Positions 8,286 through 17,899 of a stretch of DNA of 64,000 bases are shown one piece after another. Source of the stretch: Phycisphaeraceae bacterium (GTDB taxonomy: Bacteria > Planctomycetota > Phycisphaerae > Phycisphaerales > UBA1924); NCBI GenBank assembly GCA_026128865.1, contig JAHCJE010000001.1, forward strand, positions 1,756-65,755, read 5' to 3'. Below the pieces are notes generated by a model. The model saw nothing but the letters and a program-made list of their open reading frames with translations, did no database searches and was not told the origin of the DNA. Made by a program: the position numbers and the translations under genes. Numbering within the stretch: the first letter of the stretch is position 1; every line of letters starts with the position of its first letter.

Positions 8286-9491
8286 ATGAGCCAGACCTCG
8301 TTGCGTGACCAGATCGCCGCGGAACTCTCCGAACTCGTGGCGATCCGCCATGACCTGCACCGCTACCCGGAGCTGAGCTACGAGGAAGAGCGCACGAGCG
8401 GTGTTGTGCAGCGAGAACTGAAGGCCGCGGGCGTGACCTTCAAGGCGGGCGTGGCCCGGACTGGCGTGGTGGCGCACCTGCCGGCGACGGAACGCACCGC
8501 CAGGCCCGCAGTCGCGCTCCGAGCGGACATGGACGCGCTCCCGATCGTCGAGGCGACGGGCCGGCCCTACGCGTCCTGCCGCCCCGGCGTGATGCACGCC
8601 TGCGGGCACGACGGGCACACGACGATCCTGATCGGCGTGGCGCGGGCGCTGAGCCGCATGGCGCGTCGCCCGAACCCGGTGACGTTCCTCTTCCAGCCCG
8701 CGGAGGAAGGAGGGGCCGGCGGCGAGCGGATGTGCGACGAGGGCGCGCTGCTGGGCGACGAGGGGGGGGGCCTGGGCGCTCGCGTGGGGTCGATCTTCGG
8801 GCTGCACGGCTGGCCGCAGTTGCCGCTGGGCGTCGTGGCGACGCGACCCGGCCCGCTGCTGGCGGCGACGGACGACTTCGTGGTGAAGGTCCGCGGCGTG
8901 GGCGGGCACGCGGCGTTCCCGCACCTGGCCCGCGACCCGGTGGTGGCGGCGGCGCACGTCGTCACCGCCCTCCAGACGCTCGCCTCGCGCAACGCCAGCC
9001 CGCTGGACTCGGTCGTCTGCACCGTCGGGCGCATCGCGGGCGGGAGCGCGAACAACGTCATCCCGCCGGAGGTCGAACTGGTCGGCACGGTGCGCACGCT
9101 GCGGGCCGAGACGCGGCGCCTGGCCCGCGAGCGGTTCTTCGGCATCGCCGAGGCGACGGCGGCGGCGTTCGGGTGCCGGGCCGAGATCGACTGGCAGGAC
9201 GGGTACCCCGCCACGGTGAACGACGCCGCGCTGACAGAGCGGTTCTTCGCGGTGGCCCGCGACGGGCTGGGGTCGGAGCGCGTCGCGGTCGCGCCCGAGC
9301 CGGTGATGGGCGGCGAGGACTTCAGTTACTACGGTCGGCACGTGCCCGCGTGCTTTTTCATGCTGGGGCTGCTCGCGCCCGGCGCGGACCCGGCCGCCGT
9401 GCCGCTGCTGCACCAGCCGGAGTTCGACTTCAACGACGGGGCGATCGCGACCGGCGTCGAGATGATGTGCCGGCTCGCGCTGGTGGAGTGA
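8286..9491 (+). CDS. M20 family amidohydrolase (hippurate hydrolase-like)
   Basis: RHDLHRYPELSYEE, LRADMDALP, MHACGHDGH, FQPAEEGG, GEDF, LHQPEFDFND. Confidence 0.95.
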   Translation: MSQTSLRDQIAAELSELVAIRHDLHRYPELSYEEERTSGVVQRELKAAGVTFKAGVARTGVVAHLPATERTARPAVALRADMDALPIVEATGRPYASCRPGVMHACGHDGHTTILIGVARALSRMARRPNPVTFLFQPAEEGGAGGERMCDEGALLGDEGGGLGARVGSIFGLHGWPQLPLGVVATRPGPLLAATDDFVVKVRGVGGHAAFPHLARDPVVAAAHVVTALQTLASRNASPLDSVVCTVGRIAGGSANNVIPPEVELVGTVRTLRAETRRLARERFFGIAEATAAAFGCRAEIDWQDGYPATVNDAALTERFFAVARDGLGSERVAVAPEPVMGGEDFSYYGRHVPACFFMLGLLAPGADPAAVPLLHQPEFDFNDGAIATGVEMMCRLALVE

Positions 9492-9497
9492 GGGGCG

Positions 9498-9872
9498 TTA
9501 CGCGCCGGGCGCCCCGCCCGGCGTCTCGGCGTTGATCTCATCGAGCAGCGCCACGGCGCGGCGGAGGTGCGGGATGACGATCGAGCCGCCGACGATCAGG
9601 CCGATGCCGAGGACGTCCCAGATCTCGCGGTCGGAGACGCCTTCTTCCTTGCAGCGGATGACGTGGTAGGCGATGCAGTCGTCGCAGCGGAGGACGAGGG
9701 AGGCGGCGAGGCCGGCGATCTCCTTCGTGCGGGCGTCGAGCGCGCCGGGCTTGTAGGCCTGCGTGTCGAGGCCGAAGAAGCGGTTGATGACCGTGTCCTT
9801 CTGCTCGAAGATGCGTGCGTTCATCTTCTCGCGGAAGGCGCGGAACTCCGCGAGCCTGCTCTGGTCGCTCAT
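9498..9872 (-). CDS. Carboxymuconolactone decarboxylase / AhpD-like protein
   Basis: GALDARTKEIAGLAASLVLRCDDCIAYH with CxxC. Confidence 0.9.
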   Translation of the reverse strand: MSDQSRLAEFRAFREKMNARIFEQKDTVINRFFGLDTQAYKPGALDARTKEIAGLAASLVLRCDDCIAYHVIRCKEEGVSDREIWDVLGIGLIVGGSIVIPHLRRAVALLDEINAETPGGAPGA

Positions 9873-9912
9873 GGCGTGCCCCGGTTGGGTGTGCGTGCGA
9901 ATCGCCCGAAGG

Positions 9913-11006
9913 CTACGGGCGGTCGGGGGGCGTGGCGACGCGGAGTGTGTGGTCCGCGCCGAAGACGGACCCGGGGACGGGCGGCAGGCCGAGCAGGCTC
10001 AGGGCGAGGTTGGCGGCGTCGGCGTTGCGGACGGGCTGCGGGTCGGCGTCGGCGTCGGGGCGGGCGAGGCCGGGGTCGCGGCGGGTGCCGGCGTTGAGTT
10101 CGTAGAGGTCGGCGTGCGGGGCGTCGTCGCCGGTCCAGACGAAGAAGGGGATGACGTAGTTGATCCACATGTGGGCGCGCAGGTGGCTCTTGAAGGGCGC
10201 GCCCCCGCCGTGGTCGGTTGTCAGGATGATCGCGGTGCGGCCGGCGAGGCCTTCGAGCGTGCGGGCGGCGTCGAGCAGGCGCGCGATCTGGGCGTCGGTC
10301 TCGCGGACGCTTCGCAGGTACGGGCTGCCTTCGGTCATGTCCCAGCCGTGGTCGTGCCCGACGGCGTCGGTGTGGGAGAAGTGGACGAAGAGGAGCGACC
10401 GCTCGCCTGCGTGGCGGGCGAGAAAGGCGAGGGCGTCGTCGCAGACGCCCTCGATGGTCTTCGAGCGGTAGTAATGTTCGAGTGTGGCGCGGTTCTCGAT
10501 GTCGCCGGAGGGGGGGTGCTCTCGTCGCCCTCGTGTGCGCCCCAACTGCGGGCGTAGAGGATGAACTTGGATTTGTTGGCGATGAGGCCTGTGCGTACGG
10601 AGGCCGCCGCGGCGGCGTCGAAGGTACCGGCGACGTACTCGCCCTTGCGGGTGTGCAGGGTTTCGCCCTCGGGCGGATCGCCGTTGTCGGTCCAGCCGTG
10701 CCCGCGCTCGCCGAGGGTCGGACGGCCGGTGAGCATGGCGGTGTGGTTGGGGAGGGTGATGGTGTAGTCCGGGTCGGTGCGGGCGTTGAGCGTGCTGGAG
10801 GCTGCCATGAGCCGGTGGAGTGCGGGCGCCTGTCGCGGCGTGAGGATGAGCATCGCGTCGCTGCGCAGGCCGTCCACGGAGATGACGATCACGTGGTCGA
10901 AGCCGTCGGCGTGGCGCTCGCCCTGCGCGGCGACGTTGGGCGCATTGCCAAGGTAGGACGCGATGCCGAGACACACGCAAGCAACGATTTTGACGGTTCG
11001 CACCAT
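9913..11006 (-). pseudogene. Alkaline phosphatase / nucleotide pyrophosphatase family protein split by a frameshift
   Basis: N-half (VIVISVDGLRSD, TITLPNHTAMLTG) is in the frame of ORF 10335..11366; C-half (FVHFSHTDAVGH, ILTTDHGG) is in the frame of ORF 9913..11052; the switch falls at a G7 run, 10510-10516. Confidence 0.8.
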
Positions 11007-11136
11007 GGACTGCCCTCGCTCGTGGCGGATGGTACATCCTCCGATGGGCCACGACCGCGGCGCGAGTGTTGGCTCTTTGTAAAATGTGTCGTCGGAAGGG
11101 GCCTGGCAGCGCCGCTCGCGGGAGGTAATCGATGGA

Positions 11137-11790
11137 TCATGCCGACGTGCGAGTCCCGGCCTCGGCGAGCAGACGGACGACCTCGTCGTCGGTGGTCTGG
11201 GCGAAGTCGTCGTAGTGCTGGCCGACGGCGTAGAAGTCGATCGGAGCGGCGAGCGCGATGACCTCGTCCGCGTCGCGGGCGAGGGCGCGCACGGCGTCGG
11301 GGGAGGCGACGGGCACGGCGAGCACGACGCGGGCCGCGCCTGCGCGGCGGGCGGCGCGGAGGGCAACGAGCGCGGTCGAGCCGGTGGCGACGCCGTCGTC
11401 CACGATGATGGTGGTGCGCCCGGCGATGGGGACGGCGGGGCGTCCTGCGCGGTAGAGGGCCTCGCGCCGGCGCACCTCGTCGAGTTGCCGCTGCGATTCG
11501 GCCCGCAGGTACGCCTCCGGCGCGCCGGTCTCGCGGAGGGTGCGCGGGTCGAGGTGGACGTGCTCGCCGCCCATTTCGCAGACCGCGCCGAGGGCCAGTT
11601 CGGGGGATCGCGGGGCGGGGATCTTGCGGACGACGATGACGTCGAGTGGGGCGTGGAGCGCGGCGGCGACCTGCGCGCCGACGACCACGCCGCCGCGCGG
11701 CAGGGCGAGCACGACGGGCGACTCGCCGGCGAAGCGGGCGAGTTCGCGGGCGAGTGCGCGCCCCGCGTCGCGCCGGTCGCTGAATCGCAT
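11137..11790 (-). CDS. Phosphoribosyltransferase family protein
   Basis: FSDRRDAGRALA, LALPRGG, IIVDDGVATGST PRPP-binding loop, FYAVGQHYDDF. Confidence 0.92.
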   Translation of the reverse strand: MRFSDRRDAGRALARELARFAGESPVVLALPRGGVVVGAQVAAALHAPLDVIVVRKIPAPRSPELALGAVCEMGGEHVHLDPRTLRETGAPEAYLRAESQRQLDEVRRREALYRAGRPAVPIAGRTTIIVDDGVATGSTALVALRAARRAGAARVVLAVPVASPDAVRALARDADEVIALAAPIDFYAVGQHYDDFAQTTDDEVVRLLAEAGTRTSA

Positions 11791-12437
11791 CAGCCTGCCT
11801 CCCCGGCGCGCACGAGGTGGCTTGTGAACCAGTCGCACGCGAGCGAAGCGACGGTCTCGATCGTGCCCGGCTCGTCGAAGAGGTGCGTCGCGCGGGGGAC
11901 GATCTCCAGGCGTTTCTCGCAGTGGAGCGAGGCGTAGGCGATCTCGTTGAGTGGGATGCAGGCGTCGTCGAGCGAGCCGACGATGAGGAGCGTGGGGGCG
12001 CGAACGCGTGCGAGGGCGTGGCCCGCGAGGTCGGGGCGGCCGCCGCGCGAGACGACCGCGCCGACGCGGCGCTCCTCGGCGGCGGCGATGAGCGCGGCGG
12101 CAGCGCCGGTGCTCGCGCCGAAGAGGCCGACGGGGAGCGTGGCGGTGAGGCGGAGCCAGCGCGCCCAGTCGATCGCGCCGCGGAGGCGGAGCGCGAGCAT
12201 GCCGACGTCGAAGACGAGGCGCCGGTGCTCGGCCTCGGCGGGCGTGAGCAGGTCGAAGAGGAGCGTGGCGAGGCCGGCGTCGCTGAGCGTGCCCGCGACC
12301 ACGGCGTTGCGCGGGCTGAGGCGCGAACTGCCGCTGCCGTGCGCGAAGATCACGAGTGCGCCCGCGCCGTCGGGAACCGTGAGCAGCCCCGGCAGTTCGG
12401 CATCCGGCGTCCGGACGTAGACGTCCTCGACGGCCAT
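11790..12437 (-). CDS. Dienelactone hydrolase-like alpha/beta hydrolase
   Basis: FAHGSGSSRLSPRN, FGASTGAAAA, VSRGGRPDLA, ATHLFDEPG; TGATG coupling to the PRTase. Confidence 0.9.
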   Translation of the reverse strand: MAVEDVYVRTPDAELPGLLTVPDGAGALVIFAHGSGSSRLSPRNAVVAGTLSDAGLATLLFDLLTPAEAEHRRLVFDVGMLALRLRGAIDWARWLRLTATLPVGLFGASTGAAAALIAAAEERRVGAVVSRGGRPDLAGHALARVRAPTLLIVGSLDDACIPLNEIAYASLHCEKRLEIVPRATHLFDEPGTIETVASLACDWFTSHLVRAGEAG

Positions 12438-12470
12438 GGCGCGGCCTCCGGGGGCATGGTACACCGCGGG

Positions 12471-13634
12471 TCAGGCGGCCGCGCTCGTCGTGGTGGCGCG
12501 GTGGAGAACCACGGGCGCGGCCAGGCCGGGGACGAGCCACGGACTGACCACGCGCCGCCCGCTTGTTTCGAGCGTCTCCGCCGCGTCGAGCATCGGGCCT
12601 GGGGAGAGGGTGCCGATCACGATCGCCTCGGCGTCGGCGTGCGGATCGATGGTGCGCACGCCGAGTTCGTCGAGCGCGCGGCGCACCACCCACTCGTTGC
12701 GGCCCGGCTCCGCGATGCTCGCGGTGCGGAAGGGGCGGGCGGCGAAGGCAGCCTGCAGGGCCTCGCGGGCGTGCGTCAGGCCGATGAAGCGGTCCCAGAT
12801 CGGCACGGGCATCGGCGTGCGCCGCTGGAAGGCGATCGAGCGGCGCAGGTCGCGCAGGCCCTCGGCATATCCCGCCTCGGCACGCTCCTTGCAAGCGATG
12901 GCGCGGTAGCGCGTTCGGATGCGGCGCAGGTCGGCGCGGCGTTCGTGCTCGGGGGCGTAGCGCTGCGTGACCCAGGCGGTGTTGCGCACGAGTCGGGCGA
13001 GGATGACGTTCATGTCGCGCCCCTCGTCGGTCTTGTGGTGCTGCACGCGGAAGGCGGGGTCGAACTCGACACGGGCGCCGGCGAGCAGGAGCCGGGCGGC
13101 GAGGTCGTACTCCTCGGCGTAGTAGTGGAAGCGGTGGTCGTAGCCGCCGGCGCGCAGGAAGGCGTCGCGCCGGATCGCCACGCCGCAGCCGATGAAGACC
13201 TCGGGCAGCCCGCCGGACTCGCGGCGCGCGAGCGCGGGCAGGTGGATGTCGGCCATGACGGCGGCGGTGTCGGCTTCGCGGGCGGCGAGCGAGCGGGCGA
13301 GCGAGTCGAGGTCCGTGCCGGGGTCGGGGTGCGAATCGTCGTCGAGCATGACGATCCAGGGCGAGGAGGCGGCGCGGACGCCGGCGTTGCGGGCGGCCGC
13401 GCCCTCGTTTCGGGGGCGCACGAGCACGACGACGCTCAGGCCGTTGGCGAGCGTGCGGGGCGCGCGGATGGGCTGAGCGGAGTCGTTGTCGGCGATCACG
13501 ACCTCGCCGCCGGCGCTCGGGGGGGGGAAGGCGCCGAGCGCGTCGAGCGTGGACAGCAGGCGGGCGTGGCGGTCGCGCGTGGGGAGGACGAAGGAGAGAG
13601 GGAGTGACGGAGTGGTCCGGGTCGCGCTGTGCAT
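12471..13634 (-). CDS. Glycosyltransferase family 2
   Basis: SFVLPTRDR, VIADNDS, NEGAAARNAG, MLDDDS, YYAEEYDL. Confidence 0.9.
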   Translation of the reverse strand: MHSATRTTPSLPLSFVLPTRDRHARLLSTLDALGAFPPPSAGGEVVIADNDSAQPIRAPRTLANGLSVVVLVRPRNEGAAARNAGVRAASSPWIVMLDDDSHPDPGTDLDSLARSLAAREADTAAVMADIHLPALARRESGGLPEVFIGCGVAIRRDAFLRAGGYDHRFHYYAEEYDLAARLLLAGARVEFDPAFRVQHHKTDEGRDMNVILARLVRNTAWVTQRYAPEHERRADLRRIRTRYRAIACKERAEAGYAEGLRDLRRSIAFQRRTPMPVPIWDRFIGLTHAREALQAAFAARPFRTASIAEPGRNEWVVRRALDELGVRTIDPHADAEAIVIGTLSPGPMLDAAETLETSGRRVVSPWLVPGLAAPVVLHRATTTSAAA

Positions 13635-13647
13635 GTTCCGCTCCGAT

Positions 13648-13677
13648 CCCTTCGAGTTCTTTGCGCCCTTCGCGTTT
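13648..13677. repeat. Degenerate 9-bp tandem repeat at a gene junction
   Basis: CCCTTCGAG TTCTTTGCG CCCTTCGCG TTT between the HldE-like and GT2 genes. Confidence 0.5.
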
Positions 13678-13690
13678 GATCACTTCCGCT

Positions 13691-15346
13691 TCACGACGCC
13701 GCGCGAACTCGGCCCGTGACCACGCGGACGGCGTCCGTGCCGGCCCAGGCGAGGCGTGCGGCGAGGAGGCGTGTGACGGACTGCCGCAGGTCGCTGAGGG
13801 CGAGGGGGGGGTTGCCGAGCCGCTGGGCGTGTACGGCGGCGGCGGCCGAGCCGAGGAACGCCGCGCCGATGAGCGGCGCGCCGGCGCAGAGCGCGAGCGT
13901 GGCGGTGGTGAGCAGGGCGTCGCCGCAGCCGAGCGCGTCGATGGCGTGGGGCGTCATGGCGGGGACGTGCTCGCCGCGGACGCGCGGGCGGTAGGGGTCG
14001 CCGCCGGGCGTCTCGGCGTCGGGGAGGCGATCGAACGCGATCAGCCCCTCCGGCCCCATGGTGACGATGGCGGCGCGGGTGCGCGTCTCTTGCAGCAGAC
14101 GCCACGCGGCGACGGGCAGGCCCTCGTCGTGCACGGCGTAGGCGTCGCGCAGTTCGGCCTCGCTCGGGCAGGCGAGGTCGAGGCGGCGCATCGAGCGCAG
14201 CGCGTGGCGACGCCCACTGACGTCGCCGGCGAGTACACCGGCGAGCGGACGGAGGGATCGGCACAGCCGCCGGACCATCGGCGGCGTGAGCAGACCGAGG
14301 CCGAAGTCGGCGATGATGGCCGCGTCGCACCCGCCGGACTCTGCCGCGGCCTCGGTGGCGAGGTTGAGCAGGGCGTCGTGCTGGCGAGCGTCGAGCGTGG
14401 GCTGCGGCACGAGGTCGAGTTTCATCACCTTCTGCACGCCGACGAGGAAGCGCTGCTTCTCGGCGATGGGGGCGTCGGCGTCGATGGACCGGACCTCGAC
14501 CCCCTCGGCTTCGAGACGGACGCGCAGTTCTTGCGCTATCGGATTGTCGCGCGGCAGGACGGTCACGAGGGTTGGTCTCGCGCCGAGGGCGGCGGCGTGC
14601 CTGGCAATCACGGCCGCGCCGCCGTCGTAGGTGCGGCGCTCGACGGGGCGGAGCGTCATCACCGGACTCTCGCCGGCGACTTCGGGTCGGTCGCAGAAGA
14701 CGTAGGTGTCGAGGATGGTCTCCCCCACCACCACGAGCCGCCTGTCGCGCCAGCCGGACATCAGGCCCGTGAGCGCGGCGACATCGAGTTCGGGGCGTGA
14801 AAAGAGTTGGGCGAGCCGCCCTTGGAACGGGTCGGCGGAGGCGGCGAGGGCCTCGATCAGGGCCGTCGAACTGAAGACCACGTCGCCGGACGTGAAGACG
14901 ACGCGCCCGCCCGCCCGCTCGACCGCGTCGCGCTCGGCGCGGAAGCGGGGGTCGTCGTTGAACTCGTACTCGCGGCCCTTGACGTAGACGTCTGGCTGCA
15001 CGGCGGCGAGGAGGGGCTCCGCGGTGGCGTGCGGGTCCACGTATACCCAGTCCACGCAGTCGAGTTCGGCGAGGTTCTCGGCGCGGAGTTCCTGCGGGAT
15101 CAGCGGGCGGGCCGCGCCCTTGGAGACACCCGAGTCGCCGGTGATGGAGACAAGGAGCACGTCGCCCAGGGCGCGGGCGGAGCGGAGGTGGCGCACGTGC
15201 CCGGGATGCACGATGTCGAAGCAGCCGTGGCAGTGGACGAGCCGGCGCCCGGCGGCGCGGAGGGCCTGGCGGCGCGCGAGGAGTTCTTCGCGCGTGAGGC
15301 CCTTGTGGGGGGGGCGGGGGGAAAGGCGGGGCGTGGCGTCGCGCAT
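13691..15346 (-). CDS. Bifunctional nucleotidyltransferase (RfaE domain II) / PfkB kinase (RfaE domain I), HldE-like with reversed domain order
   Basis: N-terminal HGCFDIVHPGH...PDVYVKGREY; C-terminal VGETILDTY, DGGAA, DALGCGD. Confidence 0.88.
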   Translation of the reverse strand: MRDATPRLSPRPPHKGLTREELLARRQALRAAGRRLVHCHGCFDIVHPGHVRHLRSARALGDVLLVSITGDSGVSKGAARPLIPQELRAENLAELDCVDWVYVDPHATAEPLLAAVQPDVYVKGREYEFNDDPRFRAERDAVERAGGRVVFTSGDVVFSSTALIEALAASADPFQGRLAQLFSRPELDVAALTGLMSGWRDRRLVVVGETILDTYVFCDRPEVAGESPVMTLRPVERRTYDGGAAVIARHAAALGARPTLVTVLPRDNPIAQELRVRLEAEGVEVRSIDADAPIAEKQRFLVGVQKVMKLDLVPQPTLDARQHDALLNLATEAAAESGGCDAAIIADFGLGLLTPPMVRRLCRSLRPLAGVLAGDVSGRRHALRSMRRLDLACPSEAELRDAYAVHDEGLPVAAWRLLQETRTRAAIVTMGPEGLIAFDRLPDAETPGGDPYRPRVRGEHVPAMTPHAIDALGCGDALLTTATLALCAGAPLIGAAFLGSAAAAVHAQRLGNPPLALSDLRQSVTRLLAARLAWAGTDAVRVVTGRVRAAS

Positions 15347-15442
15347 CGGGGCGTGTATCGGCCGGGCGTGGGGGATCGGGCCAACCTGGCGCGGCGGCGC
15401 GGAAACTGCGTCCGGCCGGCAGGGCGGGTCGATAGACGCCTG

Positions 15443-17899
15443 ATGCCGCCCGATCCGACCTCGGCCCGCCTCACACGCAACGATGTCATCGCGCTGGGGC
15501 GGAGCGGACGCCCGTGGGAGTTTCTCCCGATCGCTCTCCAGGCGCTCGACGTCGTGGCGTCCGATGCGGGCATCAGATTTCTGGCAGCGGCGAACTTCGC
15601 GCGCCTCGGGCTGGTAACGCCCGCCCGCGAGATGCTGGACGCCCTGCCGGAGCCGGCCCAGGGCGACGCGGACGTGGCGGGCCTGCGGCGGGCGATGGAG
15701 TCGCTGCCGGACGACCGGGTGCCGCACGAGGAGCGGCTGGCGACCTGCCGGGCGAACGCGGCGGCGGTGCGCGGGACGGACCTGGCGGGTGCGCTGGACG
15801 AGTGGGCGCGATCGCTGCCGCGCTGGGAGTGCTTCCGGGCCATCGACGGCAACATCGTGCGGCGGCTACGCGACGCGCGCGGGGCGTCGGCGTGGGTCGG
15901 GCTGAGCGACCAGCGTTCGGTTGCGGCGCGGTTCGCGGAAGTGCAGTTGTCGAATCTCGGGACGTTCCCGCGTCCGCTCGCGGTGGAGGGGATGGACCCG
16001 CCGTGGGTCTTCATGGCGGTGTGCGACGGGACGCCGGCGAACGTGGTCGGCTATCGGCCGCGCGTGTGCGTGCTCCAGGCGGACCCGGCGGAACTGCTCG
16101 ACGGGCTGTCGGTGTGCGACATGCGCGAGCGGCTGAGCGACCCGCGCGTGACGGTGTACGCGGGTGCGGACGGGGTGGCGCGGTTCGAGCGCGAGGCGGG
16201 GGAGCGGCTGGAGGTGCAGGTGGTGCCCGCGTTCGTGCCGTTGCAGGTCGTGCGCACGCGGTTCGCCGAGGCGCCGACGGAGGCGTTCGCGCGGCTGACG
16301 CGGGCGCAGGCGGCGGCGTTCGAGCGCGTACGGGACGAGGTCGAGGGCATGTACGCCGGGCGCGACGTGGCGTGGTGGGCGCGGCGCTGGGGCGAAACCC
16401 GAGGGGGGGGGCGGCCGCTGCGCGTGCTCATCCCGACGAGCCGGTACACGACGTTCGTGCGCCACGCGGCCGAGGGGCTGGCGCGGTGCCTGTGCAACGA
16501 GGGGTGCCGGGTCGAGGTGCTGACGGAGCCGGATGCGTGCTCGGTCCTGACGACGGTGGGCGTGCTGCGGGCGGTGCGCGACCTGGAGCCGGACCTGATC
16601 GTCATCATCAACTACACGCGGTCGTCGTCGTACGACGGACTGTTGCCGGCGAACGTGCCGCTGGTCTGCTGGGTGCAGGACGCGCTGGGGCACCTGTTCG
16701 ACCGTCGGGTGGGGGAGGCGATGGGGCCGCTGGACTTCGTGGCGGGGCACGTGCATGCGAGTTTCGTCGAGAAGTTCGGGTATCCGCGCGAGCGGACGCT
16801 GCCCGCGCCGGTGGCGGCGGACGAGGCGAAGTTCCACTCCGGCCCGATCGAGCCTTCGCTGCTGCGCGAGCACGAGTGCGAGATCGCCTACGCGACGCAC
16901 CAGAGCGAGCCGCCGGACGCGCTGCATGCGCGGCTCGTGGCGGAGGCGTCCCGCGAGGGCGCGGTGACGACGGGGCTGTTCGAGGCGGCGTGGCCGATGG
17001 TGCGCGCGGCGGCGGCGCACCCGCTGGCGGGCAGCCTGGTGCGGTCGCTGCGCCTCATCGCCGAGCGGGCGGTGCGCGAGACCTTCGGACGCGACGACGA
17101 CCGGCTGGCCGCGCTGCTGCGGCACCGGTACGTGATGCCGATCGCCGAGCGCATCCTGCGGCACCAGGCGGCGCACTGGGCGGCGGAGGTGTGCGCGCGG
17201 TGCGGGTGGCGGCTGCACCTCTACGGCAAGGGGTGGGAACGGCACCCGACGCTGCGCGGGTTTGCGCGGGGCGAACTCGAGCACGGCGATGCGCTGCGGG
17301 CGTCGTACCGGGCGGCGGTCGCGCACCTGCACGTCTCGCCGGGTGCGATCGTGCACCAGCGGGTGATGGAGTGCGCGCTGTCGGGGGGCGTCGCGCTCTG
17401 CCGCATGACGGGGGACGCCGTCGCGCCGCTGCGGGCGCGGGCGAGAGCGGAACTGGTGGCGCGGGGCGCGCGGCCGATCGCGGAGCGCGACGACGCGGTG
17501 GGGTTCGCCTGGACGGACAGCCCAGGTGCGCTCGCGACGTGCTCGCTCATGCAGCGCATCGGCATGGAGCCGGGGGCGTGCCTGTGGGTCGGACGCGGCG
17601 AACTGGACCGCACGCGGCGCGGCGAGGCGGGCGAGGTCGAGCGCGAGTCGGACCCGGCGTGGCTGCTCGGCGACCCGGCGTCGCTCGGGTTCGCGTCGGC
17701 GGACGAACTCGAACGGCGCGTCGGGGCATTCATCGAGCGGCCGGACCTGCGTGCGGCGTGGTCGGCGTTCGTGGCCGGGCGCGTGCGGGCGCGCTGCACA
17801 CAGGCGGTTTTCGCGCGCCGGATGCTGCGGCTGGTGGCGGACTCGCTGGGAGCGGAGACGGCGCGCGACACAGTGCGCGTCGGAGCGCGCGCGGCATGA
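15443..17899 (+). CDS. Large putative glycosyltransferase with Maf-N-like middle region and CgeB/Glyco_trans_1_2-like C-terminus
   Basis: LHLYGKGW...LRASYRAA...HQRVMECALSGG at the C-terminus; ATG 15443; ATGA overlap with the next gene. Confidence 0.7.
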   Translation: MPPDPTSARLTRNDVIALGRSGRPWEFLPIALQALDVVASDAGIRFLAAANFARLGLVTPAREMLDALPEPAQGDADVAGLRRAMESLPDDRVPHEERLATCRANAAAVRGTDLAGALDEWARSLPRWECFRAIDGNIVRRLRDARGASAWVGLSDQRSVAARFAEVQLSNLGTFPRPLAVEGMDPPWVFMAVCDGTPANVVGYRPRVCVLQADPAELLDGLSVCDMRERLSDPRVTVYAGADGVARFEREAGERLEVQVVPAFVPLQVVRTRFAEAPTEAFARLTRAQAAAFERVRDEVEGMYAGRDVAWWARRWGETRGGGRPLRVLIPTSRYTTFVRHAAEGLARCLCNEGCRVEVLTEPDACSVLTTVGVLRAVRDLEPDLIVIINYTRSSSYDGLLPANVPLVCWVQDALGHLFDRRVGEAMGPLDFVAGHVHASFVEKFGYPRERTLPAPVAADEAKFHSGPIEPSLLREHECEIAYATHQSEPPDALHARLVAEASREGAVTTGLFEAAWPMVRAAAAHPLAGSLVRSLRLIAERAVRETFGRDDDRLAALLRHRYVMPIAERILRHQAAHWAAEVCARCGWRLHLYGKGWERHPTLRGFARGELEHGDALRASYRAAVAHLHVSPGAIVHQRVMECALSGGVALCRMTGDAVAPLRARARAELVARGARPIAERDDAVGFAWTDSPGALATCSLMQRIGMEPGACLWVGRGELDRTRRGEAGEVERESDPAWLLGDPASLGFASADELERRVGAFIERPDLRAAWSAFVAGRVRARCTQAVFARRMLRLVADSLGAETARDTVRVGARAA

